Positions 1-9,672 are shown, numbered from the stretch's first letter. The stretch: 15,903 nucleotides of DNA from Candidatus Geohabitans tengchongensis (GCA_031459625.1 JAVKIH010000001.1:316411-332313); one strand, 5' to 3'. The notes: generated by a model from the letters alone, not told the origin. A program made the numbers and translations.

Positions 1-1404
1 GAGCTGTCCCGCCACCACCACCATCTCGCCCGGTTGCAGGCCGCGCACGACCTCCACGCGGGTGCCGTCGCTGACGCCCACCGTCACCGGGCGGGCGCGA
101 GCCGTCCCATCCTCGACGACGAAGACGGATCGGACGCCGTTCTGCTCGAGGACCGCCTCGGCGGGAACGGTGAGGGCCCCTATGCGCCGGATCAGCAGGA
201 GCTCGACCCGCGCGGTCATCCCGGGGCGGAGAAGAGCCTCGGGGTTGGGGACGCGGATCCGGGCCTCCGCCGTGCGCGTCGTCGGGGCCAGGACGGGACT
301 CACCGAGGTGACCTCCCCCGCAAAGCGGCGCGACGGAAGTGCGTCGGGGCGCACCACCGCCGGCGTGCCGGGGCGCACCGCCGCCAGGTCCTGCTCCGCC
401 ACCGGCACCACCAGGAAGACCGGATCGACGTCCACGAGCTGCAGCAGCGGCGTGGCCGGGGTCACCGTGGCACCCGGGTCGACCAGCCGCCGCCCCACGA
501 TGCCGCCGGTGGGTGCCCGCACGACGCTCTCCCGGAGGAGGTTCTCGGCCTGGCGCAACGCCACCTGGCTCTGCGCGAACTGGCTCTGCGCCTGACGGTA
601 GGCCACGGCCGCCTGCGCCGCCTGCTGCTCCGCCTGCCGCAGGGCGACCTCCGCCTGCCGGACCTGCCCGCGCGCCACCTCCACCTCCTCGGGCCGCGGC
701 CCGCGCCGCAGCAGGGCCAGCTGCTCCTCGGCGGTGCGCAGGCGGGTCTCCTGCATCGTCACCTCCAGCCGGGCCGACTCCACCGCCTGGCCGGAGACGA
801 AGCCTTGTGCGTACAGGTCCTCCATCCGCCGCAGTTGCGCGCGGGCGAACTCCAGGCTGGCCCGGGTCTGGCGGACCTGCTCTTCCGCCTGCCGCACCTG
901 CTCCGGCGGGGTCCCGGCCAGCACCTGGGCCAGGCGGGCCTGCTGGGTGGCCAGCGCGGCCCGGGCCTGTTCCACCGCCAGCGCCTGGGTGCGCATGGCC
1001 CCGCGCGCCTGCTCCACCAGGACGCGCTGGGTGTTCGCGGCCGCCCGGGCCTGCTCCACCTGGAAGCGCAGCTCCTTGGGGTCGAGGCGCACGAGAGCCT
1101 GGCCCGCCGCCACGCGGTCGCCTTCCGCGACGAGCACCGCCTCCACGACCCCGCTGATGCGCGGCTGGACGTCCACCCGGGCTTCGGCGACAACCTCCCC
1201 GACAAAGGTCCGCCGGACCTCCAGGGTGGCCCGCCGGACCCGCGCCACCTGGACGGGGACGGCCCGCGGCCCGCGCACGCCGGTTGCGCCCGCGGGCCCG
1301 GGAGGAGCCTCCTGGGCGGAGCGGGCGCGCAGCGCTTCGGCGGTACGCCAGGCGAAGAGCCCGGCCACCGCCAGCACGCCCGCCACAACCAGCGCCTTGC
1401 GCAT
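1..1404 (-). CDS. Efflux RND/HlyD-family periplasmic adaptor (membrane fusion protein), 3' end outside window
   Basis: Not in the ORF track; translated by hand. ATG at 1404-1402 overlaps the TolC stop (TGATG). MRKALVVAGVLAVAGLFAW (TM anchor), AVPVQVARV, VDVQPRISGVVEAVLVAEGDRVAAGQALVRLD (lipoyl-like half), long Ala/Gln coiled coil, and GLQPGEMVVVAGQL at the window edge. Confidence 0.93.
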   Translation of the reverse strand, partial: MRKALVVAGVLAVAGLFAWRTAEALRARSAQEAPPGPAGATGVRGPRAVPVQVARVRRATLEVRRTFVGEVVAEARVDVQPRISGVVEAVLVAEGDRVAAGQALVRLDPKELRFQVEQARAAANTQRVLVEQARGAMRTQALAVEQARAALATQQARLAQVLAGTPPEQVRQAEEQVRQTRASLEFARAQLRRMEDLYAQGFVSGQAVESARLEVTMQETRLRTAEEQLALLRRGPRPEEVEVARGQVRQAEVALRQAEQQAAQAAVAYRQAQSQFAQSQVALRQAENLLRESVVRAPTGGIVGRRLVDPGATVTPATPLLQLVDVDPVFLVVPVAEQDLAAVRPGTPAVVRPDALPSRRFAGEVTSVSPVLAPTTRTAEARIRVPNPEALLRPGMTARVELLLIRRIGALTVPAEAVLEQNGVRSVFVVEDGTARARPVTVGVSDGTRVEVVRGLQPGEMVVVAGQL

Positions 1405-2768
1405 CACGGCAGCACCGCCTGTGCCGTGGCCCGCCGGAAGGCCGCCAGCGTCGTCCAGCGGTCGGCCATCGCCTGGGCCAGCGCGGTCTCGGCCGCAGCC
1501 AGGTCGGTGCGGGCCGTGGTCACTTCCAGCAGCGTCCCGACCCCGGCGGCGTACCGGCCCTCCGCCACGCGCAGCGCCTCGCGGGCGGCCTCCGCCGAGC
1601 GGCGCGCCGCCTCGACCTTGGCTGCCGCCGTGAGCGCCTGGGTTCGCGTGGCCACCGCCTCCTGCCGCACCTGGGCGCGGAGCGTCTCCAGGCGGGCCCG
1701 CGCGGTGTCCAGCGCCGCCCGGGCCTGCTCCACCTGGGCGGCGCGGCGGCCGGCATCGTACACAGGCAGCGACAGCCCGACCCCGACAGACCAGGCCCCG
1801 CCGGCGGCCGTGCCGGTCCCGGTCCCCACTAGGACGTAGCGGCCGTCGAGGGTGGCCGTCACCCCGCCCTGGAACATCGCCACGGCCAGCGCCGCTTCCG
1901 CTGCACGGACCTCGGCCAAGGCGCGCCCGACCTCGGGCCGCGCCAGGGCGCGCTCGACCGCGGCCGGCTCGGGCACGTCCACGGTGGGAGGCGGGGCCGG
2001 GGCCGTCACCGCCACCGGGGTGCCGGGCTCCAGGGCGAGCGCGGTCCGCAGCGCGGTGCGGCGGGTCTCGAGCTGGCCGCGGGCGTCCAGCAGGTCCACC
2101 TCCGCTGCCGCCAGCGCCGCCTCGGCCCGGACAACGTCGGCGCGGGCGACGCGTCCCGCACGGAAGTTGGCCTCCGCCGCCTGGAGCTGGGTGCGGGCCT
2201 GGGCCACGGCCTGCTCCCGCAACGCCACCACCTGCTCGCCGGCCACCACGTTCATGAACGCCTGGACCGCGGCAAAGGCCACCTCGGCCCGCGTCGCCTC
2301 CAGCCCGAGCCGGGCCGCCTCGGCCTGGGCCTCCGCCTGACGGATCTGCGCCTGGCGGACGCCCCCATCGTAGACCAGGTAGGTGACGCCGACGGAGAGG
2401 GTCCCCGAGACGCCGGCCGGGCTCGCGCTGGGGCCTCCGGTCAGGAGCACCGACGGACCGAGCCCCGCCCGGGCCAGGCGCACCTGCGCCTCCGCGGCGC
2501 GGGCGGCGGAGGCGGCCGCGTGCACCTGCGGGTGGCGTTCCACGGCCTGCGCTACCGCGGCGGGCAGCGTGAGCGGCGCAGGCGCCTGCGCCACGACGGG
2601 CGCCGCCGCCTGTGCGCCGCCTCCCGCCTGGGCAGGGACCATGCCCATCGCGCTCCCCGCCCCAAGCGCCATGACGGCGATTTTGAGGAAGGTCACCGCA
2701 ACCTGGAGTCGGCGGTGGAGGACCGGGGAGCGTGAGCGAACCGGGTGGTCATGACCGCCAGACGACAT
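1404..2768 (-). CDS. TolC-family outer membrane efflux protein (~454 aa)
   Basis: LTLPAAVAQAVERHPQV, YLVYDGG, LSLPVYDAG, AEGRYAAGVGTLLEV and the duplicated efflux-protein repeat. Start moved from 2957 to ATG 2768, which has AGAGGAGG just upstream on the minus strand. Confidence 0.92.
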   Translation of the reverse strand: MSSGGHDHPVRSRSPVLHRRLQVAVTFLKIAVMALGAGSAMGMVPAQAGGGAQAAAPVVAQAPAPLTLPAAVAQAVERHPQVHAAASAARAAEAQVRLARAGLGPSVLLTGGPSASPAGVSGTLSVGVTYLVYDGGVRQAQIRQAEAQAEAARLGLEATRAEVAFAAVQAFMNVVAGEQVVALREQAVAQARTQLQAAEANFRAGRVARADVVRAEAALAAAEVDLLDARGQLETRRTALRTALALEPGTPVAVTAPAPPPTVDVPEPAAVERALARPEVGRALAEVRAAEAALAVAMFQGGVTATLDGRYVLVGTGTGTAAGGAWSVGVGLSLPVYDAGRRAAQVEQARAALDTARARLETLRAQVRQEAVATRTQALTAAAKVEAARRSAEAAREALRVAEGRYAAGVGTLLEVTTARTDLAAAETALAQAMADRWTTLAAFRRATAQAVLP

Positions 2769-2899
2769 CCTGCCTCCTCTACGGGCGTCGTGCGCTCGAC
2801 GGCACAGCAAGGCCTGCTCTCTGGAACGCGGGGTCACCGCGGCTGGTTCGCTCCGGCCACCGCGCCTTCCTCTCCCCCGTTCTTCCTCGGCCCCGTCCG

Positions 2900-2929
2900 T
2901 TGACGCTCCTTCGCGAGAGGTGCTACAGT
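2900..2929 (+). promoter_or_regulatory. Putative sigma70-type promoter for the pyrophosphatase cluster
   Basis: TTGACG (2900-2905), 18-nt spacer, extended -10 TG-c-TACAGT (2921-2929). Same architecture as the promoter at 11389. Confidence 0.6.
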
Positions 2930-2997
2930 CGGCCCGGGCTTTCACGAGCTCGTTCAAGGCCCAGACAATGACCGTTTTTGGCCCATCTCGGGCTGTG

Positions 2998-3021
2998 CGC
3001 GCCGGCAGATCTGCCGGCGCG
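2998..3021. repeat. Perfect 24-bp palindrome in the putative hppA leader
   Basis: CGCGCCGGCAGATCTGCCGGCGCG is its own reverse complement. Confidence 0.85.
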
Positions 3022-3058
3022 TCGTGCGCCCGCCCTGTGGTGGGCGGCTGGAGCGACG

Positions 3059-5035
3059 ATGCCCGTACCTGTGGAGACCTCGGCCTTTAGCGCGGCCGGC
3101 ACGGCCGTGCTCGGTCTGGTCTTTGCCGCCGTCACGGCCCGGTGGATCCGCCGGCGCGAGGACGGGACCGCCCGCATGCGCGAGATCGCCGCGGCCATCC
3201 GCGAGGGGGCGATGGCCTTCCTGGCCCTGGAGTACCGCGTGCTCGCCCTCTTCGTGCTGGTCGTCGCCCTCCTGCTGGCCGTGGCCCTGCGCTGGGAGCT
3301 GGCCGTGGCCTTCGTCACGGGGGCCGTGCTCTCGGCCTCCGCCGGCAACGTCGGGATGCGCGTGGCCACGCTGGCCAACGTGCGCACCGCGGCCGCCGCG
3401 CGGCGGGGCATCCCGGAAGGGCTCACCGTGGCGTTCCGCTCGGGCGCGGTGATGGGCTTCTCCGTCGTGGGGCTGGCCCTGCTCGGCATCTCGCTCCTCT
3501 GGGTGCTCTTCCACCGCAACCCCGAGGTCGTCTTCGGCTTCTCCTTCGGCGCCTCGTCCGTGGCCCTCTTCGCCCGGGTGGGCGGCGGGATCTACACCAA
3601 GGCCGCCGACGTGGGGGCCGACCTGGTGGGCAAGGTCGAGGCCGGGATCCCCGAGGACGACCCGCGCAACCCGGCGGTGATCGCCGACAACGTGGGGGAC
3701 AACGTCGGGGACGTGGCGGGGATGGGGGCCGACCTCTTCGAGAGCTACGCGGGCTCGGTGATCGCCGCCCTGGCCCTGGGGGTGGCGGGCGGCGACGCCC
3801 GCGGGGCGGCCGCCCCCTTCCTGCTGGCGGCGGTCGGGCTCGTGGCCAGCCTGCTGGGGACGTTCGTCGTCTCCGGCCGCACCGCCTCGCCCCAGGCGGC
3901 GCTCAACCGCGGCATCGTGGGGGCGACCGGGCTCACGGCGGTCCTGGCGGCAGGGCTGAGCTGGTGGCTGTACGGGGCGCTCGCCGTCTGGTGGGCCTTC
4001 CTGGCCGGGCTGGTCGCCGGCGTCGTCATCGGCTTCGCCACGGAGTACTACACCAGCAGCCACGCCCGGCCCACCCGGGCGGTGGCGCAGGCGGCGGTGA
4101 CCGGGTCCGGGACCAACATCATCGCGGGGCTCGCGCTGGGCATGGTGAGCGTGGCCGTGCCGGTGCTGGCGGTGGGCGCGGCCATCCTCATCGCCTACCA
4201 GGTCGCCGGCATCTTCGGGATCGCGCTCGCGGGGGTGGGGATGCTCTCCACCCTGGGGATCACCCTCGCGGCGGACACCTACGGCCCGGTGGCCGACAAC
4301 GCCGCCGGGATCGCGGAGATGGCGGGACTCGGGCGCGAGGTGCGCGCGCGGGCGGAGGCGCTGGACGCCGTGGGGAACACCACCGCGGCCATCGGCAAGG
4401 GGTTCGCCATCGGCTCGGCGGCCCTCACCGCGCTCGCGCTGCTGGTCTCCTACGGGCAGGTGGCCGGTGTGGCCACGGTCAACCTCCTGAGCCCGCTGAC
4501 GCTGGTGGGCGTCTTCCTGGGCGGGATGATGCCCTTCCTCTTCAGCGCCTTCGCCATGTCGGCGGTGGGGCGGGCGGCCATGCAGATGGTGGAGGAGGTG
4601 CGCCGCCAGTTCCGCGAGATCCCCGGATTGCTCCGCGGCGACGGCGACGCGCGCCCCGACTACGGCCGCGCCGTGGCCATCGCCACGGGGGCGGCCATCC
4701 GGGAGATGGTCCTCCCCGGCCTGCTGGCCGTGGTGGTGCCGGTGGTGACGGGGTTCCTGCTCGGGCGGGAGGCGCTGGCCGGGCTGCTCGGGGGCTCCAT
4801 CGTGACCGGCTTCCTGGTGGCGGTGATGATGGCCAACGCCGGCGGGGCCTGGGACAATGCCAAGAAGTACATCGAGGAGGGCCACCTGGGCGGAAAGGGC
4901 TCGGAGGCGCACAAGGCCGCGGTGGTGGGCGACACCGTGGGCGACCCGTTCAAGGACACCGCCGGGCCTTCCCTCAACATCCTGCTCAAGCTGATGGCCG
5001 TCATCGCCATCGTCATCGCCCCGCTGTTGCGGTGA
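3059..5035 (+). CDS. hppA: Membrane-bound pyrophosphatase, K+-dependent class, probably Na+-translocating (~658 aa)
   Basis: [64 protein letters not shown]. The K+ determinant reads GNTTAAIG (Ala...Gly) and the gate helix reads [10 protein letters not shown] 3059 follows GGAG. Confidence 0.96.
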   Translation: MPVPVETSAFSAAGTAVLGLVFAAVTARWIRRREDGTARMREIAAAIREGAMAFLALEYRVLALFVLVVALLLAVALRWELAVAFVTGAVLSASAGNVGMRVATLANVRTAAAARRGIPEGLTVAFRSGAVMGFSVVGLALLGISLLWVLFHRNPEVVFGFSFGASSVALFARVGGGIYTKAADVGADLVGKVEAGIPEDDPRNPAVIADNVGDNVGDVAGMGADLFESYAGSVIAALALGVAGGDARGAAAPFLLAAVGLVASLLGTFVVSGRTASPQAALNRGIVGATGLTAVLAAGLSWWLYGALAVWWAFLAGLVAGVVIGFATEYYTSSHARPTRAVAQAAVTGSGTNIIAGLALGMVSVAVPVLAVGAAILIAYQVAGIFGIALAGVGMLSTLGITLAADTYGPVADNAAGIAEMAGLGREVRARAEALDAVGNTTAAIGKGFAIGSAALTALALLVSYGQVAGVATVNLLSPLTLVGVFLGGMMPFLFSAFAMSAVGRAAMQMVEEVRRQFREIPGLLRGDGDARPDYGRAVAIATGAAIREMVLPGLLAVVVPVVTGFLLGREALAGLLGGSIVTGFLVAVMMANAGGAWDNAKKYIEEGHLGGKGSEAHKAAVVGDTVGDPFKDTAGPSLNILLKLMAVIAIVIAPLLR

Positions 5036-5126
5036 CGGCGCGTCCGCGCACGCCGGCGGGCCCCGGAGGGTGTAGGCAGCGACAGGCCCCGGCAGCTTGG
5101 GGTCCGCGCGCGAGGAGGGAACGACC

Positions 5127-7490
5127 GTGGAAGGACAGGGACTGAGCGAGTCGCAACTCCGCCTGCCGCACTTCGGCGGGGTGGAGCAGGCCATCCTCTG
5201 GGCCGTGCTCGCCGCCGCCGTGCTGGCCCTGGTCTATGGGTGGTGGCTGCGGGCGCGCGTCACTCGGCGCGACCCCGGGACGCGCGAGATGCAGACGGTG
5301 GCCGGCGCCATCCAGGAGGGGGCGCTGGCCTACCTGCGCCGGCAGCTGCGGGCGATGCTGCCCTTCGTCGTGCTGGTCACCGGCGGCCTCTACGTCCTCT
5401 ACCGGCCCATCTACGCCGACCGGCCCGTCCTGGCCCTGGGCGTGGCCGCGGCGTTCCTGCTCGGCTGCTTCGCCTCCTACGGGGCCGGCTACGTGGGGAT
5501 GACCTCGGCGGTGCAGGGCAACGTGCGGGTGGCCAGCGCCGCCCGCCGCTCCTACCGCGAGGCGTTGGAGATCGCCTTCCAGGCCGGGACGATCTCCGGG
5601 ATGTTCACGGTGGGGCTGGGGCTGCTCGGCGCCACGGTGATGTTCATGCTCTTCCGCGAGGACGCCATGCGCGTGCTGGTGGGCTTCGGGTTCGGCGGTT
5701 CGCTGGTGGCCGCCTTCATGCGCGTGGGCGGCGGGATCTACACCAAGGCCGCCGACGTGGGGGCCGACCTGGTGGGCAAGGTGGAGGTGGGCATCCCCGA
5801 GGACGACCCGCGCAACGCCGCCGTGATCGCCGACAACGTGGGGGACAACGTGGGCGACTGCGCCGGGATGGCCGCCGATGTCTTCGAGTCCTATGAAGTG
5901 ACCCTGGTGGCGGCGATCATCCTGGGGGCGGCGACCCTGCTCGAGCCCGCCTTCATCGAGCGCTACGGGGGCATGGCCGCCGCCAGCGCCTTCGCCCTCA
6001 AGCTGATCCTCTTCCCCCTGGCGGTGCGCGCCGTGGGCGTCTTCGCCTCGCTCGTGGGCACCTGGCTCGTCCGGGGCAGCGACGAGGAGGTGGGCGACCC
6101 GATGCGGCCCATCAACCGCGGCTTCTACGCCTCGGCGCTCCTCTCCGTGGCGGGCTTCGGCCTCGTGAACTGGCTCTACCTGCGCGATCCCGTCACCGGC
6201 ACCCCGGACTTCCGCTTCTTCCTGGCCACGCTGATGGGTATCGTGCTGGCCCTGGTCATCGGCTGGCTCACCGAGCTCTTCACCCACGAGGACCGCGGGC
6301 CGGTGGGGGAGATCGCCTACGCCACCCGCACCGGTCCCGCCACCATGCTGCTCACCGGGTTGGGCACGGGGCTGGAGAGCAGCGTGTGGGCCATCGTGGC
6401 CATCGCCGCCACCATCCTGGGGTCAATGGCCATCTTCGGCGGCGACCCGGCGCTGGCCGCCTACGGCATCGCCCTGGCCGGGCTGGGGTTGCTCACCACC
6501 ACCGGCTTCATCCTGGCCATGGACACCTACGGCCCCATCGTGGACAACGCCAACGGCATCTTCGAGATGTCCGGCGTGGAGCGGGGCGGGGAGACCACGG
6601 CGGGCCGCATCGTGGCGCGGCTGGACGCCGTGGGGAACACCACCAAGGCGCTGACCAAGGGCTTCGCCATCGCCACGGCGGTGGTGGCGGCCATCGCCCT
6701 CTTCCGCTCCTTCGTGGGCGAGGCCCGCCTGCTGGTGAGCCCCGAGCAGCTGCAGGCGGCGGGAGCGGCGGTCCGCGCCCTGCTCGACCGGGTGGGCATC
6801 CAGGTGAACCTGCCGCAGGTCTTCGTCGGCCTGCTCATCGGCGGCGCGGTGCCCTTCCTCGTCTCCGCCTTCCTCATCCGGGCGGTGGGCCGCTCCGCCT
6901 TCCTGGTGGTCGAGGAGGTGCGCCGCCAGTTCCGGGAGATCCCGGGCCTGATGGAGGGGCGGGCCCGCCCCGACTACTCGCGCTGCGTGGACATCGTCAC
7001 CCGCGCGGCGCAGCGGGAGCTGCTCAGCCCGGCGCTGCTGGCCATCGGCGCGCCGGTGCTCGTGGGGTTCGGGCTGGGCGCGGGGGCGCTCGGAGGCTAC
7101 CTGGCGGGGGCCATCCTCACCGCGCAGCTGCTGGCCGTCTTCATGGCCAACACCGGCGGGGCCTGGGACAACGCCAAGAAGAAGATCGAGGACGGCTACC
7201 TGGGGGGCAAGGGCACCGACGCGCACAAGGCCGCCGTCATCGGCGACACGGTGGGCGACCCCCTGAAGGACACCGCCGGCCCGGCTCTCAACCCGCTGAT
7301 CAAGGTGATGAACCTGGTGGCCATCCTCATCGCCCCGGTGATCGTGCGGCCGTTGAGCCTGGAGGTGCGCGGAGGGGTGGCCCTGCTGGCCCTCCTCGTC
7401 ATCGCCGTGGGCGTCTACCTGAGCAAGCGCACGGCGCTGGGCCGGGAGGAGGTGCGCCCGCGCGTGGCGGGGGAGGTGGCCGGGAGCTAG
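5127..7490 (+). CDS. hppA: Membrane-bound pyrophosphatase, K+-independent H+-translocating class (~787 aa)
   Basis: Same catalytic motifs. The determinant reads GNTTKALT (Lys...Thr); also [15 protein letters not shown] 5127 follows GAGGAGGG at 5112-5119. Confidence 0.96.
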   Translation: MEGQGLSESQLRLPHFGGVEQAILWAVLAAAVLALVYGWWLRARVTRRDPGTREMQTVAGAIQEGALAYLRRQLRAMLPFVVLVTGGLYVLYRPIYADRPVLALGVAAAFLLGCFASYGAGYVGMTSAVQGNVRVASAARRSYREALEIAFQAGTISGMFTVGLGLLGATVMFMLFREDAMRVLVGFGFGGSLVAAFMRVGGGIYTKAADVGADLVGKVEVGIPEDDPRNAAVIADNVGDNVGDCAGMAADVFESYEVTLVAAIILGAATLLEPAFIERYGGMAAASAFALKLILFPLAVRAVGVFASLVGTWLVRGSDEEVGDPMRPINRGFYASALLSVAGFGLVNWLYLRDPVTGTPDFRFFLATLMGIVLALVIGWLTELFTHEDRGPVGEIAYATRTGPATMLLTGLGTGLESSVWAIVAIAATILGSMAIFGGDPALAAYGIALAGLGLLTTTGFILAMDTYGPIVDNANGIFEMSGVERGGETTAGRIVARLDAVGNTTKALTKGFAIATAVVAAIALFRSFVGEARLLVSPEQLQAAGAAVRALLDRVGIQVNLPQVFVGLLIGGAVPFLVSAFLIRAVGRSAFLVVEEVRRQFREIPGLMEGRARPDYSRCVDIVTRAAQRELLSPALLAIGAPVLVGFGLGAGALGGYLAGAILTAQLLAVFMANTGGAWDNAKKKIEDGYLGGKGTDAHKAAVIGDTVGDPLKDTAGPALNPLIKVMNLVAILIAPVIVRPLSLEVRGGVALLALLVIAVGVYLSKRTALGREEVRPRVAGEVAGS

Positions 7491-7495
7491 GCACG

Positions 7496-7580
7496 CCGTC
7501 CCCGGGCGCCGCGCGCCTTCCCCCGGCGCGCCGCGCTCCGGGGGACGGGCGCGGGAGCGGGCTCACCGGCCCGCTCCCGC
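7496..7580 (+). repeat. Two adjacent GC-rich intergenic hairpins without a U-tract
   Basis: Long imperfect stem at 7496-7548 (CCGTCCCCGG...CCGGGGGACGG) and a perfect 12-bp stem GCGGGAGCGGGC/GCCCGCTCCCGC (7551-7562 / 7569-7580). Confidence 0.65.
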
Positions 7581-7611
7581 CGGCCACCGCCTCACCTTGC
7601 AGGGCCTCACC

Positions 7612-9672
7612 ATGGCGCTGGCGACGCTCCGTCGCGTGCTCATCGGTCCGCCGCTGCCCACCCAGCGGTTGGTCCACGAGCGCCTCAACCGCATCCAGGG
7701 GTTGGCGGTCTTTGCTTCCGACGCGCTCTCCTCCTCGGCCTACGCCACGGAGGAGATCCTGCTGGTGCTGATGGCCGCCGGGGCGACCGCGCTGCCCCTG
7801 GCCTGGCCCATCGCGCTGGCCATCACCACCGTCCTGCTCATCGTGGCCTTCTCCTATCACCAGACCATCCACGCCTACCCCTCGGGCGGCGGCGCCTACA
7901 TCGTGGCCCGCGACAACCTGGGCGTGTGGCCGGGGCTCGTGGCCGCCGCGGCGTTGTTGATCGACTACATCCTGACGGTGGCGGTGAGCGTCTCGGCGGG
8001 CGTGGCGGCCATCACCTCGGCGGTGCCGGCGCTCTTCGGCCACCGCGTGGCCCTGGCGCTGCTGGCCGTCGCCGTGATCGCGCTCGTCAACCTGCGCGGG
8101 GTGCGCGAGTCGGGGACGATCTTCAGCGTCCCCACCTATCTGTTCATCGGGTCGATGCTGGCGCTGATCGCCCTGGGCCTCCTGCGGACCTGGGAGGCCC
8201 CGCCGGTGCGGCCGCGCCTGCCGGCCGAGGCGGCGGTGGTCCAGCCGCTGAGCCTCATGCTCCTCCTGCGGGCCTTCGCCTCGGGGTCGGCGGCCATGAC
8301 CGGGATCGAGGCGATCAGCAACGGCGTGCAGGCCTTCCGCCCGCCGGAGGCACGCAACGCCGGCATCACGCTCTTCTGGATGGCCGCCGTGCTCAGCACG
8401 CTCTTCCTCGGCCTCACCTGGCTGGCCACGCACCTGGGGGTGGTGCCGGTGGAGGAGGAGACGGTAGTCTCCCAGCTGGCCCGGCTGATCCTGGGCGCCG
8501 GTCCGGCGTACTACGTCGTCCAGGCCGCCACGGCCATGATCCTCATCCTGGCGGCCAACACGAGCTTCGCCGACTTCCCGCGGCTGGCCTCGATCCTGGC
8601 CCGCGACCGCTTCCTCCCCATCCAGTTCCGCAACCTGGGCGACCGGCTCGTCTTCGCTAACGGCATCGTCGCCCTGGCCGTGCTGGCCGGCGGGCTGATC
8701 GTCCTCTTCGACGCGCGGACGCATAGCCTCATCCCGCTGTACGCGGTGGGCGTCTTCCTCTCGTTCACGCTCTCCCAGAGCGGCATGGTGCGGCGGTGGT
8801 GGCGCCGGCGGGGCCGGGGGTGGGTGCACAGCCTGCTGATCAACCTGGCGGGAGCTGCGGCGACGGCGGTCGTGCTGGGCGTGGTGCTCGTGGCCAAGTT
8901 CGCCCAGGGGGCGTGGATTGTCGCCGGGGTGCTGCCCCTGTTCGTCGCGGCGATGCGCGCCGTCTACGGCCACTACCTGCAGCTGCGCCGGGAGCTGAGC
9001 CTGGCCGGGGCGCGGCCGCCGGCCGCCGAGGTGCACCACAAGGTGGTCGTCCCGGTCGGCGGGATCAACCGCGCCGTCCTGCCGGCCCTGCGCTACGCCC
9101 GCTCGCTGAGCGACGACGTGACGGCGGTGCACGTGGAGGTCGATCCGGAGGAGACGGCCCAGTTGCGCGAGCGCTGGCAGACCTGGGGGCTGGGCATCCC
9201 CCTGCGCGTGCTGCCCTCCCCCTACCGCTCCGTGCTCGGGCCCTTCCTCGACTACCTGGCCGAGCTGGAGTGGCGCGTGGGCTTCGACCAGTACCTGACC
9301 ATCGTGCTCCCCGAGTTCGTCCCCAGCCGCTGGTGGCACTTCCTGCTGCACAACCAGACCGCGCTGCTCTTCAAAGCCGCGCTCTTCCTCCGCCGCAGCC
9401 GCGCCGGGCGCATCACCGTGGTCACGGACGTTCCCTACTACGTCTCCCCGCCCGAGGCGCCCCAGCCGGCACCGGCGGCCGCTGCGGAGGTCGCCGCGCC
9501 CTCCCGCGGTGCCGTGGCCCTCCTGGCCGGGCTCCTCCTGGCCGCTGCGGGCCTGGCTCTCGCCCTGACCCGGGGCTGGGCGCCCCTCTGGCAGGCGCTC
9601 TTCGGCCTCGCGCTGCTCCTCCAGGTCGCCCTGGCCGCCTTCCTGCTCTTCGTCCGCTCGCTGGCCCGCTGA
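7612..9672 (+). CDS. kimA: APC-superfamily permease of KimA/YdaO type, probable K+/H+ symporter (~686 aa)
   Basis: RRVLIGPPL, FASDALSSSAYATEEIL, YPSGGGAYIVARDNLG, LIDYILTVAVS, TGIEAISNG, LIPLYAVGVF, and the cytoplasmic domain with SPYRS, PEF and LHNQ. Asp/Tyr/Glu residues equivalent to the B. subtilis KimA K+/H+ sites appear to be retained. Confidence 0.85.
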   Translation: MALATLRRVLIGPPLPTQRLVHERLNRIQGLAVFASDALSSSAYATEEILLVLMAAGATALPLAWPIALAITTVLLIVAFSYHQTIHAYPSGGGAYIVARDNLGVWPGLVAAAALLIDYILTVAVSVSAGVAAITSAVPALFGHRVALALLAVAVIALVNLRGVRESGTIFSVPTYLFIGSMLALIALGLLRTWEAPPVRPRLPAEAAVVQPLSLMLLLRAFASGSAAMTGIEAISNGVQAFRPPEARNAGITLFWMAAVLSTLFLGLTWLATHLGVVPVEEETVVSQLARLILGAGPAYYVVQAATAMILILAANTSFADFPRLASILARDRFLPIQFRNLGDRLVFANGIVALAVLAGGLIVLFDARTHSLIPLYAVGVFLSFTLSQSGMVRRWWRRRGRGWVHSLLINLAGAAATAVVLGVVLVAKFAQGAWIVAGVLPLFVAAMRAVYGHYLQLRRELSLAGARPPAAEVHHKVVVPVGGINRAVLPALRYARSLSDDVTAVHVEVDPEETAQLRERWQTWGLGIPLRVLPSPYRSVLGPFLDYLAELEWRVGFDQYLTIVLPEFVPSRWWHFLLHNQTALLFKAALFLRRSRAGRITVVTDVPYYVSPPEAPQPAPAAAAEVAAPSRGAVALLAGLLLAAAGLALALTRGWAPLWQALFGLALLLQVALAAFLLFVRSLAR

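Noticed and set aside
540..1060. Repeated CGCCTG / RQAE-like units in the adaptor gene as a repeat array
   Set aside because: These are ordinary coiled-coil heptads of membrane fusion proteins. There is no constant repeat-spacer structure, so this is not CRISPR.
34..1839. 601-aa plus-strand ORF and other long overlapping ORFs
   Set aside because: Antisense shadows of the adaptor and TolC genes. They have no family motifs, and long stop-free frames are expected at this GC content.
2930..3058. Known Na+/Li+ riboswitch upstream of the putative Na+-PPase
   Set aside because: I could not match a known consensus by eye. It is kept only as an unassigned structured leader pending an Rfam scan.
7491..7611. 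c-di-AMP (ydaO) riboswitch expected upstream of a kimA homologue
   Set aside because: The hallmark segments (GCUGAA, GGGGGA...GGGG.GAAU, CCCG.CAGCUAAC) were not found; only simple hairpins are present.
2954..9351. Long antisense or alternate-frame ORFs (746, 667, 424, 461 and 650 aa) over the mPPase and KimA genes
   Set aside because: Low-complexity Arg/Gly/His/Pro-rich translations that overlap well-supported genes; artefacts of codon bias.
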